NCBI GenBank assembly: GCA_964347265.1
Contig: CAYFXV010000001.1
Location: 14,397-78,396 of the forward strand
DNA from: an uncultured archaeon
Lineage (GTDB): Archaea; Aenigmatarchaeota; Aenigmatarchaeia; Aenigmatarchaeales; Aenigmatarchaeaceae
Reading direction: 5' to 3'
DNA: 64,000 bases
In this document: piece after piece, positions 9,399-18,466 of the stretch
How the letters are laid out: each line of letters begins with the position of its first letter
Position numbering within the stretch: the stretch's first letter is position 1
Translations under genes and position numbers: made by a program
Notes under the pieces: model-generated
What the model was told of the DNA's origin: nothing
Database searches by the model: none
Seen by the model: the letters and a program-made list of their open reading frames with translations, nothing else

Positions 9399-11189
9399 AT
9401 GAAAACCCAAGCAAATGTTTTGTTTGAAGTAGCTTTTGAGGTATGCAACAAAGTTGGAGGAATATATGCTGTTATAGAGTCAAAAGCTGCCCGAATGGTT
9501 GAATTATATAAAAATAATTACTTTGCTGTAGGACCTTATTATCCTGAAAGAGCTATTCTAGAAACCATAAAACAAAAACCTCCAAAATTTTGTGAAAAGG
9601 TTTTTTCTAGCTTAAATAAAAACGGAATTAAGTGTCATTATGGAAAGTGGATTGTAGAAGGAAAACCAAATGTCATACTAGTTGAATTTAATGATCTATT
9701 AGAAAAAGTTAATAATATAAAAACAGAATTATGGAAAAAATATAAAGTTGATTCTTGGGGAACTAAGTTTGATTTTGAAGAACCTGTTGCTTGGTCAACA
9801 GCTGCTGGAATGCTAATAGAAAAACTTTTTCCATGTTTTGAAAATAAAAATGTTGTTGCTCATTTTCATGAATGGTTATCAGGAGCAGCTTTATTATATC
9901 TAAAAGATAAAGTCCCTACTGTTTTTACCACACATGCAACAATGTTAGGAAGAACAATAGCTGGATGGGGAGAAGATTTGTATAAAGAGGTTAATGATGC
10001 AATTTATACTAATACTCCTTTAGATCCAAAAAGACCTCACAAATATGGAGTTCAAGCAAAACACCAAATGGAAAAAGCTTGCGCTGAAAATTGTACTATT
10101 TTTTCAACAACATCTGAAATAACATCCAAAGAAGCAATCTACATACTAGGAAAAATACCTGATATAATATTACCAAATGGTTTAGATATAGAAAGATTTC
10201 CTACAATGGAAGAGTTTGCTTTATTACACAGAAAATACAGAGAAAAAATCAAGCATTTTCTAAGTGCCTATTTTAATCCTTATTATGAAACAGATTTGTG
10301 GGATGCAATGGTTTTTTTCACATCTGGAAGATATGAATTCAGAAATAAAGGATATGATGTTCTAATAGAAGCTTTAGGAAAATTGAATGAAAGAATGAAA
10401 AAAGAAAAAATTAAAAAAAATATTTTTGTTTTCTTCTATGTTCCTAGAGGCGATATTAAAGATAATATTGAAATCATGGAAAGTACTCAATTATATGATG
10501 ATATGAGAGAAACCGTAGACGATGAATTGCCTTGGATAGAAGAAATGATTTTGGATTCGCTTGCAAAAGGCAAAATGCCAAAAATGAGAGTTATACTTAA
10601 AAAAGAGTTTTTAGAGGAATGTAAAAGAAAAATAGCTGCCTTTAAAAGAAAAGGCAATCCTCCTTTTTCTGCATATATTGTTGATGAAGATGATTTAATT
10701 GTAAATGCTTTTAAGGAAAACAGGCTCTTGAATAGAATTGATGATAAAGTTAAAGTAATATTTTATCCTTCTTATTTATCAACAACAGACAGATTATTAG
10801 GATTAAACTATGAACAAGCTGTTCAAGGTTCTCATTTAGGCGTGTTTCCTTCATATTATGAGCCTTGGGGATATACCCCCCTTGAGTGTGCTGCAAATGG
10901 TGTTTTGTCTATAACTTCTGATTTTGCTGGCTTTGGAATATTTATTAAACAGAATTCTGATCAAAGTAAAAACCCTGGAATAGGGGTTTTAGAAAGAGAT
11001 AGCAAAAGTCGTGAAGAAGTTATTGAAAAATTATATGAAATGTTATGGAACATTGTTATTATGTCTAGAAAAGAAAGAATACCTAAGAAAGCTCAAGCAA
11101 AAGACTTAGCTTCACTAGCTGATTGGAAAATATTAATTAAAAATTATGTTCAAGCACATAACATGGCTTTAGAAAGATTTAAGAAATAA
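9399..11189 (+). CDS. Glycogen synthase, GT3 (eukaryote-type) family.
   Basis: 596 aa. N-terminal LFEVAFEVCNKVGGIYAVIESKA closely matches the fungal/animal glycogen synthase N-terminus (LFE.A.EV.N.VGGIY.V..SKA). HFHEWLSGAALLYLK matches the HFHEW block. Confidence 0.7.
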   Translation: MKTQANVLFEVAFEVCNKVGGIYAVIESKAARMVELYKNNYFAVGPYYPERAILETIKQKPPKFCEKVFSSLNKNGIKCHYGKWIVEGKPNVILVEFNDLLEKVNNIKTELWKKYKVDSWGTKFDFEEPVAWSTAAGMLIEKLFPCFENKNVVAHFHEWLSGAALLYLKDKVPTVFTTHATMLGRTIAGWGEDLYKEVNDAIYTNTPLDPKRPHKYGVQAKHQMEKACAENCTIFSTTSEITSKEAIYILGKIPDIILPNGLDIERFPTMEEFALLHRKYREKIKHFLSAYFNPYYETDLWDAMVFFTSGRYEFRNKGYDVLIEALGKLNERMKKEKIKKNIFVFFYVPRGDIKDNIEIMESTQLYDDMRETVDDELPWIEEMILDSLAKGKMPKMRVILKKEFLEECKRKIAAFKRKGNPPFSAYIVDEDDLIVNAFKENRLLNRIDDKVKVIFYPSYLSTTDRLLGLNYEQAVQGSHLGVFPSYYEPWGYTPLECAANGVLSITSDFAGFGIFIKQNSDQSKNPGIGVLERDSKSREEVIEKLYEMLWNIVIMSRKERIPKKAQAKDLASLADWKILIKNYVQAHNMALERFKK

Positions 11190-11195
11190 AAATTC

Positions 11196-11591
11196 TCAAG
11201 CTCTCATATCAGGAAGTTCCGGTAATCGAACACTTAAAGATCTAGTAGGTATTCTATTCATTATCATTCTGTTTAGGTTTTTAATAGTTATTATTTCTTT
11301 TAATCTCCTACTGGTTTTAAATGGAACAGCATGATATACTCTTCTAGGTTTTTCATTATCCAGATGTCCTTTTTTTGAACTAACATAACCTTTTTCTTCT
11401 AAAGTGTGTAATAATGGATAAATTTCAGAGGGACTAAAAAGAACTCCATACTTTTCTCTAAAATCGGTAAGAAGCTTATAACCATGAGTGGGTTCTTTCA
11501 ATATATTTCTTAAAAATATTTCTTCCATATTGGCCTTCAAATCTTTTCTAACTAATTGTTTTATTGTTTCCATTCTCGATATTGTTTCCAT
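11196..11591 (-). CDS. PadR-family transcriptional regulator.
   Basis: 131 aa. THGYKLLTDF...YPLLHTLEEKGYV is a PadR wHTH signature. Confidence 0.65.
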   Translation of the reverse strand: METISRMETIKQLVRKDLKANMEEIFLRNILKEPTHGYKLLTDFREKYGVLFSPSEIYPLLHTLEEKGYVSSKKGHLDNEKPRRVYHAVPFKTSRRLKEIITIKNLNRMIMNRIPTRSLSVRLPELPDMRA

Positions 11592-11679
11592 ATTTTGTCA
11601 CCAATTAATAGTCATAATACTATTATGGAATAAATTGTAGAAAAAGAAAATTTACCCTTACGGCAGTAAAAAATACTTA

Positions 11680-12114
11680 TTAGTATTTTTTCAAATGTCC
11701 ATGAATATACTTCTCAAATATTGTAAGAAATACTAATTTATCTCTTCCAGTATTAATAACTCTATGATACTTGTTAGGGAGAACTGTAACCAAATCTCCT
11801 TTTTTAACATTAATCTTCTTCTTATCAACAATTATATATCCTCTACCTTTCAAAAAAATATAAACTTCTTCAGCATTGTGTTTGTGTCCCCTAGTCATTT
11901 TAAATTCAGAATTGACTTTTCCAGGATATAGAAAATTCATACAAACCATAAGTCTTTTCAAACCAGTTTTTTTAACAGGCAAGTCAATTAAAACTTCGTT
12001 AATATCGTTTTTATGACCTTTAATGTTTTTGTAGATATTTTTACCTTTTTCGATCGCGTCTTTAACTTTCATTTTTAATGTCTTACCTTTGAACTTATTG
12101 ATGTTAAATTTCAT
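11680..12114 (-). CDS. Cupin-domain protein, probably a cupin-type glucose-6-phosphate isomerase (cPGI).
   Basis: 144 aa. MTRGHKHNAEEVYIFLKG matches the cPGI signature T.GH.H....E.Y. It sits beside the TIM and FBPA/P genes. Confidence 0.5.
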   Translation of the reverse strand: MKFNINKFKGKTLKMKVKDAIEKGKNIYKNIKGHKNDINEVLIDLPVKKTGLKRLMVCMNFLYPGKVNSEFKMTRGHKHNAEEVYIFLKGRGYIIVDKKKINVKKGDLVTVLPNKYHRVINTGRDKLVFLTIFEKYIHGHLKKY

Positions 12115-12779
12115 TTCATCCCCATTATTAATTCTTCCATAGCTTTTTCAACATTTCCTGCTTTGACTACACCAGAAGCTAATATAACTCCTTTTGTTCC
12201 AAGTTCAATTGCTTTTTTAACATCTTCTCTTGTTTTAATCCCTGCTCCGCAAAGAACATAGGTTCTTGGTGAAATTTTCTTAACATCATTAACAGATTTT
12301 TTTATTATTTCTGGTTTAGCAGTTGAAACAGAAACATCACCTCCAATTAATTCTGGAGGTTCAATTGCAATAAAATCTGGTTTAAATTCTGCTATTTTTT
12401 TTACTTCATTATTATCTTTAGCACAAACAATCGACACTAATTCATATTCTTCACATAAGTCAACACATTTCTTAATATCTTCATGCGGAATCCTTCTTTC
12501 AGAATGATTTATTATAGAACCGACTCCGCCTAATTCCTTTACTTCTTTAGGAAGCAAAGCTCCTGTATGTGCACCTGGTTCATAAGGATCTAGATGTTGA
12601 GAAATAGTTGAAGTAATTTTGGCAACTTCATTTAACAAAGGAGTAGGCGGTGCAATTAAAATAGTTACATTATATTTATTAGACAACTCTTTAGCAACTT
12701 CTGCAAACTTTATAGGCTTTTCTCCAAGAACTTGTTCATACTCTTTCAAATTTATTATTAATATAGGAAGTTTCATCAT
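12111..12779 (-). CDS. tpiA: Triosephosphate isomerase (archaeal short type).
   Basis: 222 aa. It has the INHSERR motif, the GAGIKT phosphate-binding region and typical archaeal TIM length. Confidence 0.85.
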   Translation of the reverse strand: MMKLPILIINLKEYEQVLGEKPIKFAEVAKELSNKYNVTILIAPPTPLLNEVAKITSTISQHLDPYEPGAHTGALLPKEVKELGGVGSIINHSERRIPHEDIKKCVDLCEEYELVSIVCAKDNNEVKKIAEFKPDFIAIEPPELIGGDVSVSTAKPEIIKKSVNDVKKISPRTYVLCGAGIKTREDVKKAIELGTKGVILASGVVKAGNVEKAMEELIMGMK

Positions 12780-13870
12780 ATATCCTGGAATCTATTTTTT
12801 AGTTTTTCCTTTACTGCAGGTAAGGTTGTGTATTCCATTTCATCTGCACCTAACCTATGTGGTTCGAATGGTCCTTGTCTTCTTAGAATATCTGCAATTT
12901 TTAATGCTTCTTGTCTAGCTTTGTCAAATGATTTATCCTTAAGCATGTCCCTTGATGTACCTAACATTCCATTGGCTAATTGAAAACCCAATGCCATAAC
13001 TCTTGGCGGTCCATCAAATCTTGAGGGCGTAGCATCTTCAACAGCCACAGGCATTAAAGGACCGTGATGACTTCCTCTCATCCAACCAGCAACAATCCAT
13101 GGATGTGCAAATCCTTCTAAAACTTCTCCAACTGCTGGCAAACCATGTTGCGCTCTTACAAACATAACTGGATCATCTTTTCCAACATATTTTCCTGCAA
13201 TTAAACTTAATCTACTTGTAGATGTGGAAACTGCATACAATTTGTCTGAAGTTCTGTAAACATGTTTTATAACATATCTTCCAGGTTGTCCAATTAATGC
13301 TAACAAATCATAAATCTCTTCAGGACATTTTAATTCAACTTTTTTATTTTCTATAACATCATGAACCTCGAATGTAAATCCTCCATGCATATGAGGATCA
13401 ATAACTAGACCTGCTGTTGAGAATGGGTCTGCAAACATTTTGTATAATGGAATATTCCATGCTCCTGGCTCTGTTTTATCTGCCATAAAAATAATAACTG
13501 GTTCTGATTTTCTTTCTTCGAATTCCAGTTCTGCAACACCTGGTCCCATTCCTTTTAGATTCCCTGAGAAAGTATCTTTTAATAAATCTTGACCAGCTCC
13601 ATAAAGTTTTAGTTCTTTAGCTTTTTCTGTGCATTTTTTAAAAGTATTCCAAGCCATAGCATGCACATCTTTATTATCAACACCATGTTGATGAGTCATT
13701 ATTAGTTGTAAATCATCTCCACATCCTGTAACATAAAAATCTATTAAAAAACCTTTGTTTTTCTCGTCTTGAAGAATGTTTCTTGCCATTTCAAGAATTT
13801 CTGGATGACTTGAAGAATGTCCAACGTATCCTCCTATGTCAGCTTTGATAACACTTAGCGTAATTTTCAT
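12776..13870 (-). CDS. fbp: Bifunctional fructose-1,6-bisphosphate aldolase/phosphatase (FBPase class V).
   Basis: 364 aa. N-terminal MKITLSVIKADIGGYVGHSSSHPE...DDLQLIMTHQHG is highly characteristic of archaeal FBPA/P. A TATA-like TTTATATTA lies about 25-35 nt upstream on the minus strand. Confidence 0.9.
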   Translation of the reverse strand: MKITLSVIKADIGGYVGHSSSHPEILEMARNILQDEKNKGFLIDFYVTGCGDDLQLIMTHQHGVDNKDVHAMAWNTFKKCTEKAKELKLYGAGQDLLKDTFSGNLKGMGPGVAELEFEERKSEPVIIFMADKTEPGAWNIPLYKMFADPFSTAGLVIDPHMHGGFTFEVHDVIENKKVELKCPEEIYDLLALIGQPGRYVIKHVYRTSDKLYAVSTSTSRLSLIAGKYVGKDDPVMFVRAQHGLPAVGEVLEGFAHPWIVAGWMRGSHHGPLMPVAVEDATPSRFDGPPRVMALGFQLANGMLGTSRDMLKDKSFDKARQEALKIADILRRQGPFEPHRLGADEMEYTTLPAVKEKLKNRFQDI

Positions 13871-13913
13871 ACATTACAAATTGTAGAGGTTTAATATAAA
13901 GATTTCACAAAAA

Positions 13914-13940
13914 TGTGCGGAGGGCAGGATTTGAACCTGC
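13914..13940 (-). repeat. 27-nt tRNA 3'-end fragment (T-arm plus 3' acceptor strand), copy 1 of a direct repeat.
   Basis: The minus strand reads GCAGGTTCAAATCCTGC-CCTCCGC-A, a canonical T stem-loop plus 3' acceptor strand. No complementary 5' acceptor (GCGGAGG) lies upstream, so this is not an intact tRNA. Confidence 0.6.
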
Positions 13941-13992
13941 TGAAAAAGACAACCTACGGTTTTCTTCCTTAACCATCTTTCCCTTCATAAAA

Positions 13993-14454
13993 TCATTTTT
14001 TATTAATTAATACTTCCAATTCTCTTAAAGATAAACCGTCTTCTCTATAATGGGGAAAACCTTTTTCTTCTGCAAATTTCATAGCTTCGAATAATTCTCT
14101 ACCAAATCCTCTTAAAACAGTTGTTAAATCAGTATCTCTTTCATCGTTTATTCTATATCTTTTTGAAGCCCAATGCAAAAATTTATCTTTTATTCTACCA
14201 AAAGATGAAGTTTTTACATCTTTTACAATATGAGAAAGTTCTGAAGCTAAAACACCTTTTTTAACCGATTCGCTTGCAGATTTTACTGTTTCATCAACCT
14301 CTAGAAAAAATCCTTCTGGATCTAATTCTCCATATTCTGCTAAAGCATCACCTAATTTCTTATATTCTATTTGTATATCACAATCTAATAAATCTATGTA
14401 TCCTTTTATTATTACTGTGTCTAAAAGTCGTCTTAGTTTTCCCATAATTTTCAA
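13993..14454 (-). CDS. Hypothetical protein flanked by the tRNA 3'-end repeats.
   Basis: 153-aa ORF with no recognisable motif. It lies exactly between the two 27-nt repeat copies. Confidence 0.4.
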   Translation of the reverse strand: MKIMGKLRRLLDTVIIKGYIDLLDCDIQIEYKKLGDALAEYGELDPEGFFLEVDETVKSASESVKKGVLASELSHIVKDVKTSSFGRIKDKFLHWASKRYRINDERDTDLTTVLRGFGRELFEAMKFAEEKGFPHYREDGLSLRELEVLINKK

Positions 14455-14514
14455 TAGAATACTAATCTTTAAATCACTTTTGCTGCCCTCAAGTCAGCGG
14501 TGAAGAACATGAGC

Positions 14515-14541
14515 TGTGCGGAGGGCAGGATTTGAACCTGC
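14515..14541 (-). repeat. 27-nt tRNA 3'-end fragment, copy 2 of the direct repeat.
   Basis: Identical 27-mer TGTGCGGAGGGCAGGATTTGAACCTGC on the + strand. As with copy 1, no 5' half is adjacent. Confidence 0.6.
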
Positions 14542-14601
14542 GAACCCATTACTAGAGCAATACAAATATATTAAAGTACAAAGTATTCTTATTAGAGAAA
14601 A

Positions 14602-16071
14602 ATGTTTGATTCAATAAAATTTGTTAAGGACAATAAAACTGTTTACAAAATTCTAATTAATGGAAGATGGAAAGAATCTTCTAATAAAAAAACTTTTGGA
14701 ATAAAAAACCCAGCCGACGGATCATTAATAGCAGAAGTTCAGAAAGCTACTAAAAAAGACGCTGAAAATGCTGTTAAAGCTGCCTTTAATGCAAAATCAA
14801 AAATAGCAAACATGGATGCTTCTGAAAGAGGAGACATTTTAGATAAAATGGGAAATTTATTAGAACAACACAAAGAAGAATTCATAGACATTATTTGTAA
14901 GGAGTCTGGAAAAACAAGAAAACTAGCTCAAGGAGAACTTCATGCTTCAATAGGAAGACTACATTATGCATCTGATGAAGCAAAAGAAATAAGAGGAGAA
15001 CTAATAAAAGGAGATATTGCAGGTAAAAGAAATTCAATGGGAATTGTTATTAGACAACCTTTAGGAGTTTTATTAGCTATAACACCATTTAATTATCCTT
15101 TGTTTACAGGAATTGCAAAAATAGCTCCTGGAATAGCAATTGGAAACTCAATTGTGGTTAAACCTGCAAGCGCTGATCCTATATGCTTGTTAATGTTTGC
15201 AAAAATTATGCAAGAAGCAGGAATACCAGATGGTGTAGTAAATATAGTTACAGGTTCAAGTTCAGAAATAGGAGATTATTTGTGTTCTCATCCTAAGATT
15301 GATATGATTTCATTTACAGGAAGCAGTGCAGTTGGAAAACATATAACATCTATTGCTGGAATGAAAAAATTACATTTAGAATTAGGAGGAAAAGCACCAG
15401 CAATTGTTTTAGAAGATTGTAACTTTGATATAGCTGTTAAAGAAGTTGCAATTGGTTCTTTAAAGTTCTCAGGCCAAAGATGCGATTCAATAAGTAGGGT
15501 GTTAGTTGTAGAACCAATAGCTGATAAATTTGTTAATGCCATGTTAGAAGAAATTAAAAAATGGAAACTTGGAAACCCTAGAGATCCTGAGACTGTTGTT
15601 GGGCCTTTAATAAATGAAGCTGCTGCCAAAAAAGTTGAGGAATTAGTTAATGATGCTGTTAAAAAGGGTGCAAAACTTTTATATGGTGGGAAAAAATATG
15701 ATCGTGGATATTTTGAACCAACAGTTCTAGATTTTGTTAATAGAGATATGAGAATTGCTTGGGAAGAAACATTTGGACCTGTGGTTACGATTATAAGAGT
15801 TAAAGATTATGAAGAAGCAATTAAACTTGCAAATGAATCTGAATATGGATTAGATGCTTGTATATTTACAAAAGATATTGATAAAGCATTTGATGCTGCG
15901 CAAAGAATTGAAGCTGGTTCTGTTCATATAAATGCTCATCCAACTCATGGTTTAGGAGTGTTCCCATTTGGTGGAGATGAAAGCTCTGGAGTAGGAAGAG
16001 AAGGAATTAAATATAGCATAGAAGATATGTCAAAAGTTCATGTTATGGTTTTGCATTCTCACAAAGAATGA
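14602..16071 (+). CDS. Aldehyde dehydrogenase family protein, probably a non-phosphorylating glyceraldehyde-3-phosphate dehydrogenase (GAPN).
   Basis: 489 aa with ALDH motifs ELGGKAP and FSGQRCDS (catalytic Cys). The GAPN assignment rests on the glycolytic neighbourhood. The internal minus ORF 15288..15629 is spurious. Confidence 0.7.
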   Translation: MFDSIKFVKDNKTVYKILINGRWKESSNKKTFGIKNPADGSLIAEVQKATKKDAENAVKAAFNAKSKIANMDASERGDILDKMGNLLEQHKEEFIDIICKESGKTRKLAQGELHASIGRLHYASDEAKEIRGELIKGDIAGKRNSMGIVIRQPLGVLLAITPFNYPLFTGIAKIAPGIAIGNSIVVKPASADPICLLMFAKIMQEAGIPDGVVNIVTGSSSEIGDYLCSHPKIDMISFTGSSAVGKHITSIAGMKKLHLELGGKAPAIVLEDCNFDIAVKEVAIGSLKFSGQRCDSISRVLVVEPIADKFVNAMLEEIKKWKLGNPRDPETVVGPLINEAAAKKVEELVNDAVKKGAKLLYGGKKYDRGYFEPTVLDFVNRDMRIAWEETFGPVVTIIRVKDYEEAIKLANESEYGLDACIFTKDIDKAFDAAQRIEAGSVHINAHPTHGLGVFPFGGDESSGVGREGIKYSIEDMSKVHVMVLHSHKE

Positions 16072-17124
16072 TTATTTCATTTTAAAATTTAATATTTCAT
16101 CTGGAGTTAATGCTTTGTTATAAATTCTAAATGAATCTATTATTCCATTAAAAGCCTCTCCAGCACTTGAAGGTATAGCACCTATACCAAAATCATTTGT
16201 CATATCCATTACATAATTATATGAACCGGTTTCAACAGACTTTCCATTTCTGTATATTATCCAATTTCCTGTTATGGTTTCGTATGTCATAACAAAATGT
16301 GTCCAAATATCATAACCCCAACCACTCGACCATACAGACATAGCTGACCAAGTTGTTCCATCACCTAAATAACAATACATAGTTGTGGAACCAGAAAAGA
16401 AATAACATGTACTAAAATATCTAGAAAGGAAAGGTCGTTGCATACTACCTTTTTCTCTCATATTAAACCAGAATTCTATTGTAAAACCATCTGGAAAATT
16501 CCCAAATTTATTTATTGCTACATAATCATCTATTCCATCAAATTCTAAAGCCTTACCAAATTTACCATTAACCCATTTGGGACATTCAGAAGTAGGGGGG
16601 TCTGAACAAATAGTAGTATAATCATATAATGTTCCATCATTTTCATATCCAGATTTATCATGTGCAATTGTTCCTCTACCTTCATCAAAATCTAAAGCTA
16701 AAAGAGCAGAATTATGTAAAAGAGATTCTACTCTCTGAACAATTTGTAAACTTGGATTAGATATTTTTAAGTCATAATCTCCTATACTTATTCCTAATAT
16801 ATCAACTGTTATAGTTCCTATTTCTCCTTTTCTTATAGTTTCAGGTGTCATGTTAAATTCAAGAGGTTCATCATCCAAGAAAACATTTAAACTGTCATTA
16901 ACTATTACTCCGCTTCCACAATTTTTTATATAAATATTATTTTTATGGATTGAATCTACTATCATACAAGTAGAGAGAATCTCTCTTGTTCTTGTTGTTC
17001 TTTCAGTTCCAGATTCTGTTAATTCTTTTACTGTCCCAAAAGTAAATAACCAAAAAAGGGTTGTTAGGAATATTAAAATTAACAAGACTAATAGTAATGT
17101 TACAATCGCTGAAAGACCACGCAT
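16072..17124 (-). CDS. Type IV pilin-like protein with a LamG/concanavalin-like lectin domain.
   Basis: 350 aa. N-terminal MRG/LSAIVTLLLVLLILIFL resembles an archaeal class III (prepilin) signal peptide. The C-terminal region (DGIDDYVAINKFGNFPDGFTIEFWFN...) is LamG-like. Confidence 0.5.
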   Translation of the reverse strand: MRGLSAIVTLLLVLLILIFLTTLFWLFTFGTVKELTESGTERTTRTREILSTCMIVDSIHKNNIYIKNCGSGVIVNDSLNVFLDDEPLEFNMTPETIRKGEIGTITVDILGISIGDYDLKISNPSLQIVQRVESLLHNSALLALDFDEGRGTIAHDKSGYENDGTLYDYTTICSDPPTSECPKWVNGKFGKALEFDGIDDYVAINKFGNFPDGFTIEFWFNMREKGSMQRPFLSRYFSTCYFFSGSTTMYCYLGDGTTWSAMSVWSSGWGYDIWTHFVMTYETITGNWIIYRNGKSVETGSYNYVMDMTNDFGIGAIPSSAGEAFNGIIDSFRIYNKALTPDEILNFKMK

Positions 17125-17155
17125 AATTATAATTTAAAACAAGGTAATTATATTT

Positions 17156-18466
17156 ATGAGTATTTTTAGGGCTTATGATATTCGTGGAATTTATGGAAAA
17201 GATTTAACAGAAAAAGTCATGAAAAATATAGGAAAGGCTTTAGGAACTTTTCTTGGTGGTAACAAAAATGTTTGTGTTGGGTATGACACTAGAAAGTCAT
17301 CTAAAAAATTATTTGAAGCATTTTCTTCAGGATTAACTTCTACAGGTTGTAATGTTATATCTCTGGGATTAGTAGCAAACCCTATGCTATATTTTTATGC
17401 TTGGAAAAACAAAATTTTTGGAGCCTTAATAACTGCAAGCCATAATCCAAAAAATTGGAATGGTTTAAAAATGGTGAGACCAAATGGAGTCAGTTTCATA
17501 GAAGAGATTAAATTAATAGAGAATACATATGATTCCAAAAAATTTATTAAAGGTAGGGGAAGGATAACTAAAGCAGATGTATTTAAAAATTATAAAAAAT
17601 TTTTAGAAAGTAAGTTTGGGGTTATTAGAAAAAAAGTTGTCGTTGAGTGTTTTGGAGCAGCTGCTGTTACTGCTCTGCCAATTCTAAGAAGTTTAGGACT
17701 TGATGTAATAAGTCTTCATGACAAACCTGATGGAAATTTCTTTGGGTTTACGAGACCTGAACCAAAAGGAGAAAATCTAAATATGCTTAAAAAAGCTGTT
17801 AAAAGAGAAAAAGCTGATTTTGGAGTTGCATTTGATGGAGATGGTGACAGATCTGTTTTTGTTGATAACAGAGGTAGAGAACCTAATGTAAGCTCAGTAA
17901 TAGCAACTTTTGTTGATTATATATTAAAGAAAAAGAGGGGGTCTATTCTTTTAACAGCTGATTGTGCAAGCGAAATTGAAGATATTGCCAAAGAGTTGAG
18001 AGGAAAAACTATTTGGTGGAGAGTTGGACATGGATTTATAGAAGAAAAAAGTGCAAAAGAAAAAGTTTTATTTGCTGGAGAACAAAGTTCTCATCTTTAT
18101 TTCAATGAATTTTATCCATTCTCTGATGGCATACTTGCAACTATTTATTTAGCTAAAATACTTTCAGAAAGTAAAAAAACACTATCGGAATTACTTGACG
18201 AAATAAAAATACATCCAATAAAAAAATTATATATTAATGTTGGAAGCGATGAAAACAAAATAAGAATTATAGAAAGTTTAAAGAAAAGATATCCTAATGC
18301 TCTAGATATAATGGATGGCATTAAAATGAAATTAGATGATGTAGAATGGGTTCTAATAAGAGCAAGTCAAACAAATCCAGAAATAAATTTATGCGTGGAA
18401 GCAAGGAATGAAAACAGGATGAAAAACATTATTAGAGAATACATTAAATTAGTTAAACAAATTTAA
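17156..18466 (+). CDS. Phosphoglucomutase/phosphomannomutase (alpha-D-phosphohexomutase).
   Basis: 436 aa. It has the active-site loop TASHNPKNWNGLK (TASHNP), the metal-binding FDGDGDR, and overall domain order. Confidence 0.85.
   Translation: MSIFRAYDIRGIYGKDLTEKVMKNIGKALGTFLGGNKNVCVGYDTRKSSKKLFEAFSSGLTSTGCNVISLGLVANPMLYFYAWKNKIFGALITASHNPKNWNGLKMVRPNGVSFIEEIKLIENTYDSKKFIKGRGRITKADVFKNYKKFLESKFGVIRKKVVVECFGAAAVTALPILRSLGLDVISLHDKPDGNFFGFTRPEPKGENLNMLKKAVKREKADFGVAFDGDGDRSVFVDNRGREPNVSSVIATFVDYILKKKRGSILLTADCASEIEDIAKELRGKTIWWRVGHGFIEEKSAKEKVLFAGEQSSHLYFNEFYPFSDGILATIYLAKILSESKKTLSELLDEIKIHPIKKLYINVGSDENKIRIIESLKKRYPNALDIMDGIKMKLDDVEWVLIRASQTNPEINLCVEARNENRMKNIIREYIKLVKQI

Noticed and set aside
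11661-11690. AT-only palindrome AAAAATACTTATTAGTATTTTT at the cupin gene stop. It could be a PadR operator or a terminator.
   Set aside because: A pure A/T palindrome in 27% GC DNA is expected by chance. It sits downstream, not upstream, of the PadR-adjacent promoter region. No second copy was seen.
13914-14541. Reading the two T-arm-containing fragments as plus-strand tRNAs or as complete minus-strand tRNAs.
   Set aside because: The canonical GGTTCAAATCC T-loop is only formed on the minus strand. On that strand there is no 5' acceptor strand complementary to CCTCCGC and no D or anticodon arms upstream of either copy.
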